From NCBI RefSeq assembly GCF_001194135.2, contig NC_068993.1, forward strand, positions 28,752,915 through 28,800,168: a stretch of DNA of 47,254 nt, read 5' to 3'. Positions 45,098-47,254 of this stretch are shown here, in pieces. The notes below the pieces were generated by a model. That model searched no databases and was not told where the DNA came from. It saw only the letters and a program-made list of their open reading frames with translations. Origin of the DNA: Octopus bimaculoides. Its lineage: Eukaryota. How positions within the stretch are numbered: position 1 is the first letter of the stretch; the number at the start of each line of letters is the position of its first letter. The position numbers were made by a program, and so were the translations under genes.

Positions 45098-46062
45098 TTG
45101 AAACTCGTATTCAACATGTTTGAGTGCACTCAAACCTGAGAAAACCTTTCTCTATGGAGCTGGACCTCTTCTCTTTGACATGTCTAGACATCAATCAATC
45201 ATAACGTTAAAATGAAAAAAAAAATTTTAATTAACAAGAAATTTTTAAAAAATAGAGACTTTAACTTTATTATTCAAAGTTTAAATATTAAACTTGCCTA
45301 TAAAACTATGGGTTAAAATTTCAAATTAACCATTTAAAAAAAATGCTCTTATAAAAAGTATTTAAAGAAAAGTTGTAAAGGTTATGGTGGTTTTAGGGAT
45401 TATAAATGCTTACCAGAGACAGTGTGGGTGAAAATTATGAAAAATACAAGAATAGAATGTACTAGAATATGAGGATATGAAGATATAAAATGAAAAAAAT
45501 AAAATCATATAATCATAGAAAATTGTTAACAGGTGTTAGATACAAAACTGGACCAAATGGGGGAATAAAAGGAATACATTTAGGACATATGGGGTTTAAA
45601 TGATGAAAGTGGTTAGTATCAAATTTAAACTCAAAATGGGAACATAGAATTTTAACAATCATTGTGTGAAAAAGTTTGAAATGATATAGCAATATCGATG
45701 CTTACGTAATTAGAGACTTAGTGTTAAGAAGTCCAGAGTCATAGTGTAGATATTAAATTTCAAAATGCAAGATTCAAAAGCAAGGATTTTGGATATGCTT
45801 TAATTGGTTGGAAGTTTCTAGAGCTCAAATACCAATTATTCATTGATGATTGCTATGCTATGGCAGAATAGTTAAAACAAAAGTGGATATGATACATTGA
45901 TACTGAATACAACCCTAAAAAAAAAGTAAAAAGCTCTGTAAATATAATTCTACCAACATTCCATTAAATCTGTGTAAATATCTAATTAATATCTCATTAC
46001 ATGTATTTATTAGACTGACTTAAAGCATAAAGATTTCTAGTTCTAATTTGCATTCATTATAT

Positions 46063-46063
<1 letters not shown>

Positions 46064-46139
<76 letters not shown>

Positions 46140-46164
46140 NNNNNNNNNNCTCTCTCTCTCTCTC

Positions 46165-46202
<38 letters not shown>
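46064..46202 (+). repeat. (CT)n microsatellite with a 10-bp gap
   Basis: Seen directly in the sequence. Confidence 0.95.
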
Positions 46203-46211
<9 letters not shown>

Positions 46212-46425
46212 TGCACTTTTCCATACTTATATTGGTCAGAGAGAATCTGAGGCAGATTTTCTATGGCTGGATGCTCTTCCTGTTGCTCACCCTCACCTGT
46301 TTTCAAGAAGGGTAATATTCTTCCATAGCCAGATTTGGTTTCCATAGCACACTGGAAAGAAACAACATTGCTTGTATGATGATGATGCTTGTTTACAACC
46401 ATTACACGATGTCTGAACAAATGTA
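46212..46425 (-). mobile_element. 3' half of a family A2 (RTE-tailed) SINE
   Basis: CACTTTTCCATAC..GAGGCAGATTTTCTATGGCTGGATGCTCTTCCTG is the reverse complement of 44560-44774. Confidence 0.75.
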
Positions 46426-46470
46426 TATACAACCACACAATCACATACATATAAATGCATATGTGTATAT

Positions 46471-46479
<9 letters not shown>

Positions 46480-46525
<46 letters not shown>

Positions 46526-46540
46526 NNNNNNNNNNATATA
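46480..46540 (+). repeat. (TA)n microsatellite with a gap
   Basis: Seen directly in the sequence. Confidence 0.95.
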
Positions 46541-47254
46541 TGTAAGAACGACCGTGCGAACCCAAAAGGAGAAATGGTGACGAATGGAAAAACAGGGCTC
46601 CCTTTATTAAACGCGTCACACGGTCGAACACAAAAAGATATCAAATGATATAAATATGTTATACTTCGATAACATAGTGAATTCGTAAATGACCAGTAAG
46701 GAAGACGATATAACACAACCGTATGAGAGATGAATAACAGTAATATTTATTGTAGCATTAAAATGTATGTCTGTGTGTGAGTGTGAATGCGACATAATGA
46801 AAACATAATAAAAGACAGGCCGTCGTGTAAAGAAAAGAGTGTGTGTAAGTGATACATGTATGTGTATGCATGAGATACAGCAGATAGAAAAAGAGTCAGT
46901 AACACATATAAGAATTTGCCAGTTCTTAGAGTACACATTAGTAATAGTCTGTATGTAAGAAGTTGAGGCGTGTGGGGCAGCGCAATGACTCGTTGTGATG
47001 TTAGGGCTTCCATGCCAAGCTGGGTTCCTGTATACAGATGTTCCTCGCAGGCTGGGTTCTTGTCTGTTGTTTATCGTGGCGAAGGTGAATCGCACGAACA
47101 GAGTTAGAAGTTCTGCGGTAGTTTTGGTTAGCTGGTGTACGTAGAAGTCATGTTGACGATGTTGGTGGCGAATCTTGTAGTTCATAGTTGAAGTGGTGTT
47201 GACACTGGCGGCGGCGATGGTGGTAGTCGTCGTGTCGTGTTGACTGGCGGCGGT
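46541..47254 (-). other. CpG-retaining sequence running off the window; possible LTR/terminus of a young element or a gene 3' end
   Basis: The minus strand ends ...GTTCTTACA against (TA)n, with AATAAA about 60 nt upstream. CpG content is high compared with the window. No recognisable protein motif. Confidence 0.3.

Noticed and set aside
45170-46020. Mitochondrial insertion (NUMT)
   Set aside because: AT-rich, but no recognisable mitochondrial protein, tRNA or rRNA motif by eye.
46616-47185. 189-aa ORF as a host gene
   Set aside because: No recognisable domain, and the C-terminal half runs through AT-rich, TG/CA-biased UTR-like sequence.

Overview
Eukaryotic, AT-rich, repeat-saturated window from a gapped scaffold. 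There are 12 N-runs: 1358-2080, 8302-8459, 10172-11158, 20872-21446, 27361-27370, 31525-31592, 32695-33165, 36365-36517, 38382-38527, 39763-40015, 46140-46149 and 46526-46535. The SINE families and microsatellite load suggest a cephalopod, probably Octopus (inference). No intact host protein-coding gene, rRNA, true tRNA gene or CRISPR array is supported. The window is a nested transposon graveyard. Non-LTR elements: R4/Dong-like RLE fragments, Penelope-like elements (PLEs), three RTE-clade LINEs and a near full-length L1/Tx1. LTR elements: two Ty3/Gypsy elements and a putative solo LTR. DNA elements: Helitron fragments, a Chapaev3 (CMC) transposase, a full-length mariner, and an hAT transposase remnant plus MITEs. 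There are also many tRNA-derived SINEs. Three observations stand out. (1) A TTAA-flanked MITE whose core is a head-to-head (TTAGGG)n/(CCCTAA)n palindrome (37463-37863). (2) A type I hammerhead-ribozyme-like motif with a long stem II insert (36920-37042). (3) A PLE C-terminus followed directly by a tRNA-like Pol III cassette and a half-hammerhead remnant (40016-40434). All family assignments come from by-eye translation and motif recognition, not database searches, and many element boundaries are approximate.
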